A stretch of DNA of 64,000 nt, taken from contig JAZBNV010000017.1 of the NCBI GenBank assembly GCA_036350795.1, forward strand, positions 7,941 through 71,940, written 5' to 3'. The notes beneath the pieces are model-generated. The model had not been told where the DNA came from. It did not search any database and saw only the letters and a program-made list of their open reading frames with translations. Source of the stretch: Marinilabiliaceae bacterium (lineage in GTDB: Bacteria > Bacteroidota > Bacteroidia > Bacteroidales > VadinHA17). Position numbers and translations under genes: made by a program. Shown here piece after piece: positions 29,559 to 40,673 of this stretch; the stretch's first letter is position 1; each line of letters opens with the position of its first letter.

Positions 29559-30796
29559 TGATATTTCAGAACCTTAATATGCCGATTGCCCTCTTAGCGG
29601 CTTTTCTGATTATTTCTGGCTGTGACACTTACATTAAGCCGGAAGTTCTCCCTGAAAGCAGGTCTGATACACTGGTTGCAGAAATGCCCCCTGTACTAAC
29701 ATTTTACGGACTCGATACAACAGGCTATATTGTTCAGAGTGGCAGGATAAGAAGGAACCAGTTTATTTCGGAGATTCTTGGTGACTATGGTATCGCTTAT
29801 TCTGACCTGAATACAGTGATGAATAATTCACGAGAGACACTTGATGTAAGGAATATTAAAGCAGGGAAATCCTATTTCCTGCTGCTTAGCGGCGACTCTC
29901 TTATGAAGGCAGATTACCTTATTTACAGGGATGATCCCGTAACCAGTTATATCTTCGACTTTAAAGATTCCTTAAATATCTCCAGGTTTGAGAGGGAGAC
30001 TAAGCTGGAACTCAGGTATTCAGCAGGCACCATTGAGACTTCGCTGTGGAACTCGATGAAGGAGTCGGGTTATAATCCTGTACTGGCTGTCGAACTGTCG
30101 GAGCTCTATGCATGGACAATAGATTTCTTTGGTCTGCAGAAGGGCGATCGCTACAAGATAATTTATGAGGAAGAGTTTATGGATACCCTGTCAATGGGGA
30201 TACGTAAGATTCATGCTGCCTGGTTCGAGCATGCGGGAGAGCAGTTCTATGCCATTCCTATGATCCAGGACAGTACGGAATCATTTTTTGATCTCGAAGG
30301 AAACAGCCTCAGAAAAGCTTTCCTTAAGGCGCCCCTCAGGTTTTCACGAATAAGCTCCAGGTATTCCAATTCAAGAATGCATCCTGTTTTAAGAATCCGC
30401 AGGCCTCATCATGGAGTGGATTATGCTGCTGCAGTTGGAACACCGGTTTATGCTATTGGCGACGGAAGGGTAACCAGGGCTTCATATGATCAGAATAACG
30501 GTCGCATCGTGAAGATTCAGCATAACAGTGTATACGCAACGGCCTACCTTCATCTTAGCCGCTTTGGGACGGGAGTGGCACCGGGGAAGTATGTAAAGCA
30601 GGGCGACATAATCGGCTATGTTGGAAGCAGCGGATTATCTACCGGGCCACACCTGGATTTCCGCTTTTACAAGAACGGTTATGCCGTGGATCCGCTAAAG
30701 GTTGAAGCACCACCTGTAGAGCCTGTATCTGATGAAAACCGTGAAAAATTTGACAGAATCAGCTTTACTTACAAAAGTCTGCTCGACTCTTTCTGA
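29555..30796 (+). CDS. M23-family metallopeptidase lipoprotein
   Basis: The ATG at 29555 overlaps the leuS stop (ATGA). Lipobox LIISGC. M23 motifs HHGVDYAA and [13 protein letters not shown]. Confidence 0.85.
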   Translation: MMIFQNLNMPIALLAAFLIISGCDTYIKPEVLPESRSDTLVAEMPPVLTFYGLDTTGYIVQSGRIRRNQFISEILGDYGIAYSDLNTVMNNSRETLDVRNIKAGKSYFLLLSGDSLMKADYLIYRDDPVTSYIFDFKDSLNISRFERETKLELRYSAGTIETSLWNSMKESGYNPVLAVELSELYAWTIDFFGLQKGDRYKIIYEEEFMDTLSMGIRKIHAAWFEHAGEQFYAIPMIQDSTESFFDLEGNSLRKAFLKAPLRFSRISSRYSNSRMHPVLRIRRPHHGVDYAAAVGTPVYAIGDGRVTRASYDQNNGRIVKIQHNSVYATAYLHLSRFGTGVAPGKYVKQGDIIGYVGSSGLSTGPHLDFRFYKNGYAVDPLKVEAPPVEPVSDENREKFDRISFTYKSLLDSF

Positions 30797-30809
30797 GGGA
30801 TTTATCCTG

Positions 30810-31820
30810 CTATTCGAAAACAGCACTCTCCCTTAAATCATCTATAAAGCCGGCATCCATCCAGTATATTGAGGGGTTCCCTGATTCGGGTTTATTATGT
30901 TCGCTTATAAGGTATTCGTAGGTAAGTTTTTCAGGCTTATCTGCAAGTCGCCTCGACATAAAGAACAGCACTTTCCCATCCCGGGTTACATAGGCTGAAT
31001 ACTCAAAAGTATCAGGTGTATTTACTTTATCTCCCATATTTATCGGCTGACTCCAGTTGTCGTTTTCGTCTCTGAAAACAATATAATAATCGGTACCTCC
31101 GTAACTGTCTTCCCTTCCCACTGTAGGTACAATAATATAGCTTTCATCCTGGGCAATAAAGGCATTATAGTGATTGAGTCCGCAGTTTACCTGCTCAGGA
31201 AGCTTTTCCGGCTCCTGGTACCTGCCCTCTATAAGCCTCGACCTGTAAATATAGGCTGTTTGTGAGTTTTCGTCGTTCCGTGTAAAATACAGTGTGCCAT
31301 CATTTGTGAGCGATGGATAAAACTCCGGTTTGCTTGTGTTTACAGGGGGCCCAAGATTATAAGGCTCGCTCCAGTCATCGCCAAGCCGGTCCATAACCCA
31401 GATATCCTGCTGTCCATATTCAACTCCCAGTGCTGAATCGGGCCTGTTCGAAAGGAAGAAGAACTTGCTTCCGTCAGCATTTATTGCTGGTTCAATATTC
31501 ATATAATCAGGGTTCTGCATCTGCTTCATAACTTCCGGTTTCGACCATACTCCGTCTGTTTTCTTCGAAACAAGAATTGTATAATACCGCGAGCTCCTGG
31601 CTCCAAAATATAACTCATTACCATCGGGAGTAATAGCTACGTCCCTTGTCTGGTATCCGTTTGAGACGATCCCGGGTGCAAATAACTCCGGGTCAGCACC
31701 CGGCAGGGGTTTACCCATATAAGGTCCCTGCTTGCTTATTATTTCTCCTCCATTCTTAATGCAGGCAAATAATGATATCAGTGCAATACCGAGATAAATG
31801 TAAATTATTTTCCTTTTCAT
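30810..31820 (-). CDS. PD40/TolB-like beta-propeller repeat protein
   Basis: 336 aa. Signal/lipobox LFAC. Repeated aromatic-rich units of the form (E/D)x(Y/F)PxxxxDGxxL(Y/F)F. Confidence 0.6.
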   Translation of the reverse strand: MKRKIIYIYLGIALISLFACIKNGGEIISKQGPYMGKPLPGADPELFAPGIVSNGYQTRDVAITPDGNELYFGARSSRYYTILVSKKTDGVWSKPEVMKQMQNPDYMNIEPAINADGSKFFFLSNRPDSALGVEYGQQDIWVMDRLGDDWSEPYNLGPPVNTSKPEFYPSLTNDGTLYFTRNDENSQTAYIYRSRLIEGRYQEPEKLPEQVNCGLNHYNAFIAQDESYIIVPTVGREDSYGGTDYYIVFRDENDNWSQPINMGDKVNTPDTFEYSAYVTRDGKVLFFMSRRLADKPEKLTYEYLISEHNKPESGNPSIYWMDAGFIDDLRESAVFE

Positions 31821-32046
31821 GGCTGTCCGTTTGTCTGGTTTACTATTATGACCGTTGGCCTGTTTTATACCCTATTGTTTATTTTGCGACCCTTCCTTCT
31901 CCTGGCTTCATGAGTTATTATTACAATCCGAAGCAGACCTCAGGTTCTCTTTTTTACCTGATATAGATCATATTATACAATATATTAAACTTATTATATT
32001 GTGCTCCGATGAATGGAAAAATTATCAGACAAAGCTTATTCTTATT

Positions 32047-34203
32047 ATGAAAGGACCAGTTTTACTTGCTTTTTTGCTTACGACCGGTGTTGGCATCTTT
32101 GCCCAGGATGATAGTCCGCTGCTGCCGGCGAAGATCTCAAATCCACCTGTAATAGATGGTGTTCTTGACGACCAGGTATGGAAGGATGCACCCATGGTTA
32201 CGGGCTTTAAGACTTTTTCTCCTGATTATGGACTGGATATGAGCCAGAAGACCAATGTTTTTATGCTCTATGATGAGGAGAACCTCTATTTTGCCTTTGA
32301 ATGCTATGATAGTGAAGTAAACAAGCTTAAGGCATCTGTAAATGCCCGCGACAATATCCAGGCCGATGACTGGATATGCATTAACCTGGATAGTTTTAAC
32401 GATCACCAGAGCCTCTATGCCTTTTATGTAAATCCGCACGGAATACAGGCCGACAGTCGCTTCTCTGGTGGAAAGGAAGATGCGAGTGTGGATTTTGTAT
32501 GGTATAGTTCGGGTAAGATATATGATGATCTGTACAGGGTGGAGATTCAGATTCCGCTCAAGAGTATCAGGTTCAGCAACAAGGAACCGGTTGAGATGGC
32601 AGTCTTTTTTGAAAGGAAGATCAGCAGGGAAGCAGTTCAGGGCTCATACCCTGCCATGGATCCTGCCAGGGGAATGGCATTCCTCACCCAGATGAAGCCT
32701 ATGATTTATAATAAGGTAAGGCATTATAAGCTTTTTGAGCTGCTGCCTGCTTTTACCTATACATACCGTGATATTCAGTCTGAGGGTGAGATGCGGAAAG
32801 ATATCAGGTCGCCAAAGCCAAGTCTTACACTAAAATATGGTATTACATCGCAATTGATACTTGATGGTACACTGAATCCTGATTTCAGCCAGGTCGAAGC
32901 TGATGCAGGCCAGGTGGATGTTAATCTGAGGTATAAAATCTTTTACCCCGAAAAAAGACCATTCTTCCTGGAGGGGCATGAGAACTTTAACATTGCTGCA
33001 ACCAGGGCCGATGAGCACGATCCTGTAAACACACTTTTGCACACGCGTTCGATAATTAATCCACTTACGGGTATTAAGCTTTCAGGAAAGGCCGGCGAAA
33101 GGATGACGATTGCAGCCTTGTATGCACTCGACAGGGTAGATAACGATGGACAGGAAAGCATAATGGCGCATTTCCCGATCCTGAGGATGAAGTACAGCCT
33201 GGCCCGCGACAGCTACCTGGGAGGGATGTATACCGGCCGTGAAATGGATACAACCAGCAACAGGGTTGCCGGACTGGATGGCCAGGTAAGGGTTGGCAAG
33301 GGCTCATCAATTTTATATAATGCCTTTTTGAGCAGTACTGTCAGGTCTCCCGGTGCCAGTCCACTGCAGGGACATATGCTCTCTGCAGAGTTTGAGCACG
33401 ACAGTCGTAATATTGCATATTCTGTAGGGGCTAAGAGCATATCAGAGGATTTTAATGCAGAAACAGGTTTTATTAACCGCGATGGGATAGATTATTTAAA
33501 AGTACTCGTGAAGCCCAGGTTCTATCCCGGATCTGATTTTATACAGAGAGTGGATGTTGAGGCTTTTTCGAAGGCTACGCGCGACAGGAGATACGAAATG
33601 TGGGAGACGGTAGATCATCTTGCTTCATGGATATTTTTCAGGGGCTCTACCTATATTAAGCTTAAGGCAGAATATTCGACCGAGGTTTTTCTTGGCGAGA
33701 GATTTAAAACGGGAGGTTTTCACGGGCTGCTTAGTTCGCAGATAGGTAAAAAACTCAATACGGCTTTCCTTTACCAGCGACTGGGATCAATTAATTACAG
33801 CGCCGACCCCTTCCAGGGAATCTCTAACCATGTAATGCTAATGGCAGGATACAAACCATCTGAGAAATTGCACCTTGACTTTAGCTACAGGTATTCTGAT
33901 CTTAAAGCAGTTGATACAGGCGAACAGGAATATAATTACTCTATTGCCAGGGGAAAAGTTACCTACCAGCTTAATAAATACTTTTTTGTAAGGGCTATCA
34001 GCGAGTATAACAGTTACAGGGAAAATCTCCTGACTGATTTCCTTGCATCTTTTACATGGATTCCGGGGACAGTTGTTTACCTGGGATATGGTTCTGTATA
34101 TGACAGGGTAATGTGGGATGGAGGACAGTATTCTCCTGCTGAGAAATTCCTGGAAACTACGAGGGGATTTTTCTTTAAAGCCTCATATATGTATCGTTTT
34201 TAG
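32047..34203 (+). CDS. CBM9-like / DUF5916-type outer-membrane protein
   Basis: Start moved to the ATG at 32047, giving the signal peptide MKGPVLLAFLLTTGVGIFAQ. N-terminal PVIDGVLDDQVWKDAP motif, long beta-rich body ending in YMYRF. Confidence 0.55.
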   Translation: MKGPVLLAFLLTTGVGIFAQDDSPLLPAKISNPPVIDGVLDDQVWKDAPMVTGFKTFSPDYGLDMSQKTNVFMLYDEENLYFAFECYDSEVNKLKASVNARDNIQADDWICINLDSFNDHQSLYAFYVNPHGIQADSRFSGGKEDASVDFVWYSSGKIYDDLYRVEIQIPLKSIRFSNKEPVEMAVFFERKISREAVQGSYPAMDPARGMAFLTQMKPMIYNKVRHYKLFELLPAFTYTYRDIQSEGEMRKDIRSPKPSLTLKYGITSQLILDGTLNPDFSQVEADAGQVDVNLRYKIFYPEKRPFFLEGHENFNIAATRADEHDPVNTLLHTRSIINPLTGIKLSGKAGERMTIAALYALDRVDNDGQESIMAHFPILRMKYSLARDSYLGGMYTGREMDTTSNRVAGLDGQVRVGKGSSILYNAFLSSTVRSPGASPLQGHMLSAEFEHDSRNIAYSVGAKSISEDFNAETGFINRDGIDYLKVLVKPRFYPGSDFIQRVDVEAFSKATRDRRYEMWETVDHLASWIFFRGSTYIKLKAEYSTEVFLGERFKTGGFHGLLSSQIGKKLNTAFLYQRLGSINYSADPFQGISNHVMLMAGYKPSEKLHLDFSYRYSDLKAVDTGEQEYNYSIARGKVTYQLNKYFFVRAISEYNSYRENLLTDFLASFTWIPGTVVYLGYGSVYDRVMWDGGQYSPAEKFLETTRGFFFKASYMYRF

Positions 34204-34210
34204 TGGCCCT

Positions 34211-34287
34211 GTCATTCCTGCAAAAGCAGAATCCTGTACGAATTGGTACTGCCCTGACATAGAGATTTCTGCTTTCGCAGGAATGAC
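34211..34287. repeat. REP-like imperfect inverted repeat (23-24-nt arms, 30-nt spacer)
   Basis: GTCATTCCTGCAAAAGCAGAATC at 34211-34233 versus GATTTCTGCTTTCGCAGGAATGAC at 34264-34287. Each arm also contains a CTGC-N4-GCAG mini-hairpin. Confidence 0.85.
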
Positions 34288-34302
34288 AATAATGGTGTAA
34301 AT

Positions 34303-34333
34303 AAAAAAGGTGCCCTGTTAGGAGCACCTTTTT
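34303..34333. terminator. Bidirectional Rho-independent terminator between convergent genes
   Basis: A6-GGTGCCC-tgtta-GGAGCACC-T5. Confidence 0.7.
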
Positions 34334-34352
34334 ATATTGAGGTTGACAGACA

Positions 34353-34838
34353 CTATTTCATATGTCTGATTTCGTCAACATTAGTATTGGCATACATGAT
34401 TTTCAGTGCATTTGCACGCCTGAGAGCCTGCTTGACATCAACAACAATACCCATCTTGGTTGCTTTGTCGATCTTAAGTGAGACAAGCATCTTACTTTTT
34501 TCTGTTTCGTCAAGTGATTCTCTTTCCTGTGCAATAAAGTCCTGAATATCGTCTACCTCTTTAAATGCATCGTTTAGCTGTATTTTTGGCTCAGAGCCAA
34601 ATGTGGCACGAAGGTTCTGGAGTGGCTGGCCGATATAAACAAAACTTGCCAGTGATTTCTTCTCCAGTTTCTTACCCTGTGTAGCTTCAGGCACTGTAAC
34701 TCCGATTTTAAGTTCCACTTCTCTCATAACTGTAGTAGTCATAAAGAAGAACAGAAGCATAAAAACAATATCCGGCAGTGAGGCAGTGTTTATTTTGCCC
34801 ACACCTGATTTCCCGGTACTTCTTTTAAATTTACTCAT
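34353..34838 (-). CDS. exbD: ExbD/TolR-family biopolymer transport protein
   Basis: 161 aa. N-terminal TM with LPDIVFMLLFFFM and ExbD-like periplasmic domain. Confidence 0.85.
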   Translation of the reverse strand: MSKFKRSTGKSGVGKINTASLPDIVFMLLFFFMTTTVMREVELKIGVTVPEATQGKKLEKKSLASFVYIGQPLQNLRATFGSEPKIQLNDAFKEVDDIQDFIAQERESLDETEKSKMLVSLKIDKATKMGIVVDVKQALRRANALKIMYANTNVDEIRHMK

Positions 34839-34839
34839 C

Positions 34840-35424
34840 TTAGTTACCTCCTATTTTCTTAGGTTCTGCTTCAGATATAGGCACTTTATAATAATCATCA
34901 ACTGCCTTCATCTGTTCTTCGCTCAGGTCGTCATATTCCAGACCCCAGGTGGAAAGCGCTAACTCATTTTTGAGCTCATCCCTTGCAGCCAGAAGCTCAT
35001 TCTGCACAGCAAGGTAAACTCCATAGGTTGTCCCAAGGTCGTTCTGCAATGATATTACAGCGTTCTTATGTGCCCGGATTATTCCGAAAAACGGAACCTG
35101 TTTATCAATCATCTCCGGCATATCTGCTGCCTCATTTGGATTATCTATAAATTCCCTGGTAATTGCCCGGAGTTCTCCCAGCTGGATAACTTCTCCTTCT
35201 ACCTGGATAAAGTCATCTTTATTTACAAGAACCTCCAGAATATTTCGTTCATTAATCTGCTGATCATCATCCTTTTGCTCATTAGGATCCTGTATTGGAG
35301 GCAATTGACGCAAAAGACCTGTATCTGAATCCATGGTAGTTGTTACCAGGAAAAAGATAAGCAGGAGGAATGCGATGTCGGCCATCGATCCGGCATTAAT
35401 TTCCTGTACTTCCCTTTTTGCCAT
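34840..35424 (-). CDS. exbD: ExbD/TolR-family biopolymer transport protein
   Basis: 194 aa. SMADIAFLLLIFFLVTT TM motif. Stop lies 1 nt before the next exbD start. Confidence 0.85.
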   Translation of the reverse strand: MAKREVQEINAGSMADIAFLLLIFFLVTTTMDSDTGLLRQLPPIQDPNEQKDDDQQINERNILEVLVNKDDFIQVEGEVIQLGELRAITREFIDNPNEAADMPEMIDKQVPFFGIIRAHKNAVISLQNDLGTTYGVYLAVQNELLAARDELKNELALSTWGLEYDDLSEEQMKAVDDYYKVPISEAEPKKIGGN

Positions 35425-35462
35425 TTTAGTTAATTTTTGTCCCTAAAAGGGAATTAGTATAT

Positions 35463-35924
35463 CTATCTCTTAAACAGTCTTGAAACAGCTGAAAATACTA
35501 TTGCCAGGAAGGCCAGTCCAGCCAGCATATAGGCTGTAAACATAACAGTATCAACAAACTTCAATGTGCTTGGCACGTTATCTTTCCCGTCGTAAAAAGG
35601 CATATTAAGTACAGTGTCGTCAGCAAGGAGATAAGCAACAACAATAATCAGAACTCCTCCCACCAGCGAAACAAGTGTTTTCTTGCCTCCCTTTGGATTT
35701 ACAATAAAATTAATTATTGAGAATACGACTGTAATTCCTGCAGTTACGAAGAAAAGTATATAAGCCCAAACAAGAAAAGACTGTGTAATAAGCGGCTCCT
35801 CAAGCCTTGTACCTGCTGTTTCGGGTTTAACGTCTCCCATGTAAAATATAAGGGCGAAAACCACTGTAACAGCCATAAGGACCCATGTAAGGATCTGTAA
35901 TATCTTACTTGTTGTATTGGACAT
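35463..35924 (-). CDS. Four-TM membrane protein of unknown function inside the exb cluster
   Basis: 153 aa with four hydrophobic helices. No recognisable motif. Confidence 0.55.
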   Translation of the reverse strand: MSNTTSKILQILTWVLMAVTVVFALIFYMGDVKPETAGTRLEEPLITQSFLVWAYILFFVTAGITVVFSIINFIVNPKGGKKTLVSLVGGVLIIVVAYLLADDTVLNMPFYDGKDNVPSTLKFVDTVMFTAYMLAGLAFLAIVFSAVSRLFKR

Positions 35925-35929
35925 AGTTA

Positions 35930-36745
35930 CTATTTTTTAAGGTTGTGTTTAACCAACAGGTCGATAAGTGTAATAGAAGAGTCTTCCATCTGGTTGGTCA
36001 GAGCATCAACTCTTGAAAGGATATAGTTATAAAAAACCTGCAGTATAACAGCAACTATAAGACCTGATACAGTAGTAATAAGCGCTATTTTAATACCTCC
36101 TGCAACAAGACCTGCAGATACGTTACCTGCTTCCTCAATCTTGTCAAATGCGTCAATCATACCAATTACGGTACCCATGAAACCAAGCATAGGGGCAATG
36201 GCGATAAAGAGTGAGATCCAGGAGAGGTTCTTCTCCATCAGACCCATCTGAACGCTTCCGTAGGCAATAACTGACTTTTCTGCCATTTCAACGCCTTCGT
36301 CAACCCTGTCAAGGCCCTGGTAGAAGATACTTGCAACCGGTCCGCGGGTGTTACGGCAAATTTCTTTTGCTGCGTCAACACCTCCGTCTTCAAGCGCTTC
36401 CTCTATCTTTTTGAGTAGCTTGTCGGTATTTGTTGTGGCAAGGTTCAGGTAAATAATTCTCTCGATGGCTATTGCCAGACCAAGAATAAGGGTAAGAAGT
36501 ACAGCGCCCATAAATGATGCACCACCTTCTACGAATTTAATCTTAATCTGCTTGTGCAATTCACTACCACCCTGATCTTCTGCAGCAGGCTCCATATCTT
36601 CTTCCACTACAGCAGCAGCTTCAGTTACCTGCTCTATAGCAGTTGTGTCGTCTTGTGTGTTCTGTGGCTCGTCCTGAGCAAAAGAATTAACAGACGCTCC
36701 AAGAAGCATCCCAAACACAGCTACAATTGCAAATAGTTTTTTCAT
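35930..36745 (-). CDS. exbB: MotA/TolQ/ExbB proton-channel protein
   Basis: 271 aa. Signal peptide plus acidic N-terminal extension, then three TM helices with the ExbB signature (IAPMLGFMGTVIGMI, ALITTVSGL). Confidence 0.9.
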   Translation of the reverse strand: MKKLFAIVAVFGMLLGASVNSFAQDEPQNTQDDTTAIEQVTEAAAVVEEDMEPAAEDQGGSELHKQIKIKFVEGGASFMGAVLLTLILGLAIAIERIIYLNLATTNTDKLLKKIEEALEDGGVDAAKEICRNTRGPVASIFYQGLDRVDEGVEMAEKSVIAYGSVQMGLMEKNLSWISLFIAIAPMLGFMGTVIGMIDAFDKIEEAGNVSAGLVAGGIKIALITTVSGLIVAVILQVFYNYILSRVDALTNQMEDSSITLIDLLVKHNLKK

Positions 36746-36789
36746 GGTTTGTTTTTTAATTTTAAAATATTAATGTTTATTAATCTTAG

Positions 36790-36818
36790 CAAATTTATAA
36801 AAATCTTTATATTCCAAA
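36790..36818 (-). promoter_or_regulatory. Candidate promoter for the exbB operon (-7 TAAATTTG, upstream TTTG)
   Basis: On the minus strand, TAAATTTG at 36797-36790 and TTTG at 36818-36815. The spacer is 17 nt, slightly short. Confidence 0.4.
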
Positions 36819-37032
36819 GGATTATGACCCTTAATATAGTATTTTACCCTGCCTGTTATAAGCCCCTGGCTCTTCCGCAAAAACCGGGCCCGAATGAAAA
36901 AAAGTTCATTCAGGTTCATTAGCTCATCCCGAAACTTTCGGGATTCGGTCCGAACCTTTCCTGCACTTTCGAATCTTCCAGTCAATTAAAACCTTCTCAA
37001 TCAACACTTTCACTACTTAATTGAGGTCTGTG

Positions 37033-37120
37033 CGGAGAGAGAGGGATTCGAACCCTCGGTACCCTTTTGAGGTACACACGCTTTCCAGGCGTGCCAGTTA
37101 AGCCACTCCTGCACCTCTCC
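37033..37120 (-). tRNA. tRNA-Ser (anticodon GGA)
   Basis: Reverse complement folds as acceptor GGAGAGG/TCTCTCC, anticodon stem CACGC/GCGTG with loop CTGGAAA, long variable arm, T-arm GAGGG-TTCGAAT-CCCTC, discriminator G. Length 88 nt. Confidence 0.9.
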
Positions 37121-37207
37121 AATTTTTTCTTCCCTCAAGGGTAAGTCCGTTATTTCAAAGAATTTTAGGCGGCACAAAATACGAAAAAAATGCTTAAAAA
37201 AAACATG

Positions 37208-38236
37208 CTATACAGTTATTTCACCTTTCAAAGCTTTATTTAACATCTTTTTAATCTTATCTGTTTCGCCGTAATTACCCAGGAGGTACATTAGCCTGGT
37301 AATGGCAGACTCAAGGCTTATGTCTCTGCCACTTATAACTCCCAGTTCAGTAAGCTTTTTGCCTGTTTCATAAAGTTCTGATTGTACCGATCCTTCATTA
37401 CACTGGGTAACATTAACTATAATGCCACCTTTTTTAATATAATTTTTAAGCAGATTCAGAAACCATGCTTTTGTTGGCGCATTTCCTGCTCCGTAACTCT
37501 CCAGCACCACTGCCCTGGCTCCTGAATCAAGGATGGCCTGTACAAGCTTTTTGTTAATGCCGGGAAAGAGTTTAAGTATGGCAACATTAGAGTCCATCTT
37601 CTTTTTCACACTCAGATCCTGCCTGACGGTTGGATACAGAATAATATTCTGATTGTATTTAATTGTAATACCTGTTGTGGCAAGTGGCTCGCAATTTGGT
37701 GATGCGAAGGCATTGAAATGTTCGGTACTCTGCTTTGTTGTCCTGTTACCCCTGAACAGGTTATTCTCAAAGTAAATACATACTTCGGGCACCATTGCCT
37801 TGTTCCCATCCTTTGCTGCTGCAATCTCAAGGGCAGTAATAAGGTTCTCCTTGCCATCGGTGCGTAAAGTACCTATAGGAAGCTGTGAGCCGGTAAAAAT
37901 AACCGGTTTGGCCAGCTTGTCGAGCATAAAACTCAGGGCGGAGGCTGAGAAGGCCATGGTATCAGTGCCATGCAAAATAACGAAGCCATCATAGCTGCTG
38001 TAGTTTTTCTCTATTATGCCTGCAAGTTTAATCCAGACCCGGGGACTTACTTCCGATGAGTCGATCAGGGGTTTAAATGAAATGGTATCGATTTTGAAAT
38101 CAAATCTCCTGAGTTCAGGAACCTGGTCAACAATATGTTCAAAATTAAAGGGACGAAGTGTTCCGCTGAGCGGATCGTGAATCATCCCTATGGTGCCCCC
38201 GGTGTAGATTAATAATATGGAATCTTTTACAGGCAT
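37208..38236 (-). CDS. ansA: Type I L-asparaginase
   Basis: 342 aa with catalytic motifs ILLIYTGGTIGM and ILHGTDTMA. Confidence 0.9.
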   Translation of the reverse strand: MPVKDSILLIYTGGTIGMIHDPLSGTLRPFNFEHIVDQVPELRRFDFKIDTISFKPLIDSSEVSPRVWIKLAGIIEKNYSSYDGFVILHGTDTMAFSASALSFMLDKLAKPVIFTGSQLPIGTLRTDGKENLITALEIAAAKDGNKAMVPEVCIYFENNLFRGNRTTKQSTEHFNAFASPNCEPLATTGITIKYNQNIILYPTVRQDLSVKKKMDSNVAILKLFPGINKKLVQAILDSGARAVVLESYGAGNAPTKAWFLNLLKNYIKKGGIIVNVTQCNEGSVQSELYETGKKLTELGVISGRDISLESAITRLMYLLGNYGETDKIKKMLNKALKGEITV

Positions 38237-38238
38237 AT

Positions 38239-39012
38239 TTATTTATCAAGCTTAAAAAGCTTAACTGCATTTGCTGTTGTTAGCTCTCCGACTTTCTCGA
38301 TTTTAATACCTGTAATTTCGGAAATTTTTTCTGCAATAAGCTTTATAAAGGCACTTTCGTTTCTTTTTCCCCTGTTTGGAGCCGGGGCCAGGTAGGGCGA
38401 ATCGGTCTCCAGGACAAGATGTTCGATGCCAATATCCTTTACTACCCTGTCGAGTCCTGCATTCCTGAAAGTCACAATTCCTCCTATGCCAAGCAAAAAG
38501 CCCGAGTCAATTATATGTTCTGCCTCGCCGGTATCTCCGGTAAAGGCATGGAAGACACCTCTGAGCGAACTTCCGCGGTAAGGTTCAAGCAATTTAAATA
38601 TTTCAAGAAATGATTCCCTGGCATGTATCACCACCGGAAGAGATAACTCGATAGCCATTTCAAGCTGGGCTGTAAATATCCTGGCCTGCTCCTTGAAGAA
38701 TGTTTTGTCCCAGTATAAATCAATACCTATTTCCCCGATAGCAATAAATTTTTCCCTGGCGGCCCAATCCTTAATACTGTTCAGCTGTTCAGCATAGTCT
38801 TCTTTTACAGATGTGGGGTGGATCCCTATCATGGGGTAGCATATCCCGGAATATTTGTCTACCATGTCCATCATCGGTTCAACCGAGGCTGAATCAATAT
38901 TCGGGAGTAGTATTCTGCCTACGCCCGAGCTCAGAGCCCTTTCAATTATCTCATCCCTGTCGCTGTCAAACTCTTCAAGGTAGAGATGTGAGTGTGTATC
39001 AATAAATTGCAT
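38239..39012 (-). CDS. TatD-family metal-dependent hydrolase
   Basis: 257 aa. FIDTHSHL N-terminus, AIGEIGLD, VIHARE, and ETDSPYL motifs. Confidence 0.9.
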   Translation of the reverse strand: MQFIDTHSHLYLEEFDSDRDEIIERALSSGVGRILLPNIDSASVEPMMDMVDKYSGICYPMIGIHPTSVKEDYAEQLNSIKDWAAREKFIAIGEIGIDLYWDKTFFKEQARIFTAQLEMAIELSLPVVIHARESFLEIFKLLEPYRGSSLRGVFHAFTGDTGEAEHIIDSGFLLGIGGIVTFRNAGLDRVVKDIGIEHLVLETDSPYLAPAPNRGKRNESAFIKLIAEKISEITGIKIEKVGELTTANAVKLFKLDK

Positions 39013-39054
39013 ATCCGCTGTACTTCATATAAGGGCTGCAAACTTAAGCAAGAA

Positions 39055-39087
39055 TAAAAAAAGGGACAAATATTTGTCCCTCTTTTT
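39055..39087 (-). terminator. Rho-independent terminator after gdhA (palindromic, usable on both strands)
   Basis: A7-AGGGACAAA-ta-TTTGTCCCT-T5. Confidence 0.75.
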
Positions 39088-39105
39088 GAAAAGCATATAT
39101 TGTTG

Positions 39106-40485
<1,380 letters not shown>

Positions 40486-40673
40486 TTATCTGAGGATAAA
40501 AATATAAAAAACATGTAGAAATATTATAGTCTTTTTTACAGGAGATACAGTTTATAAAGAGTTTAAACATCATTTATATGTAAGCAAAAGAAGTACAATT
40601 AGATAAGGCCTGAAGATATGTTATTAAACAGGTTCAATTACATGACTTTTATCATGGTATTTTGTTCGCCTGT

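Noticed and set aside
31855-32046. N-terminal 64-codon extension of the DUF5916-like ORF
   Set aside because: The extension has no signal peptide and is Cys/Phe/Leu-rich junk. The internal ATG at 32047 gives a clean signal peptide ending in AQ.
36770-36985. 71-aa ORF between exbB and tRNA-Ser
   Set aside because: It is built from palindromes and word repeats, has no plausible promoter geometry, and overlaps the likely exbB promoter on the same (minus) strand.
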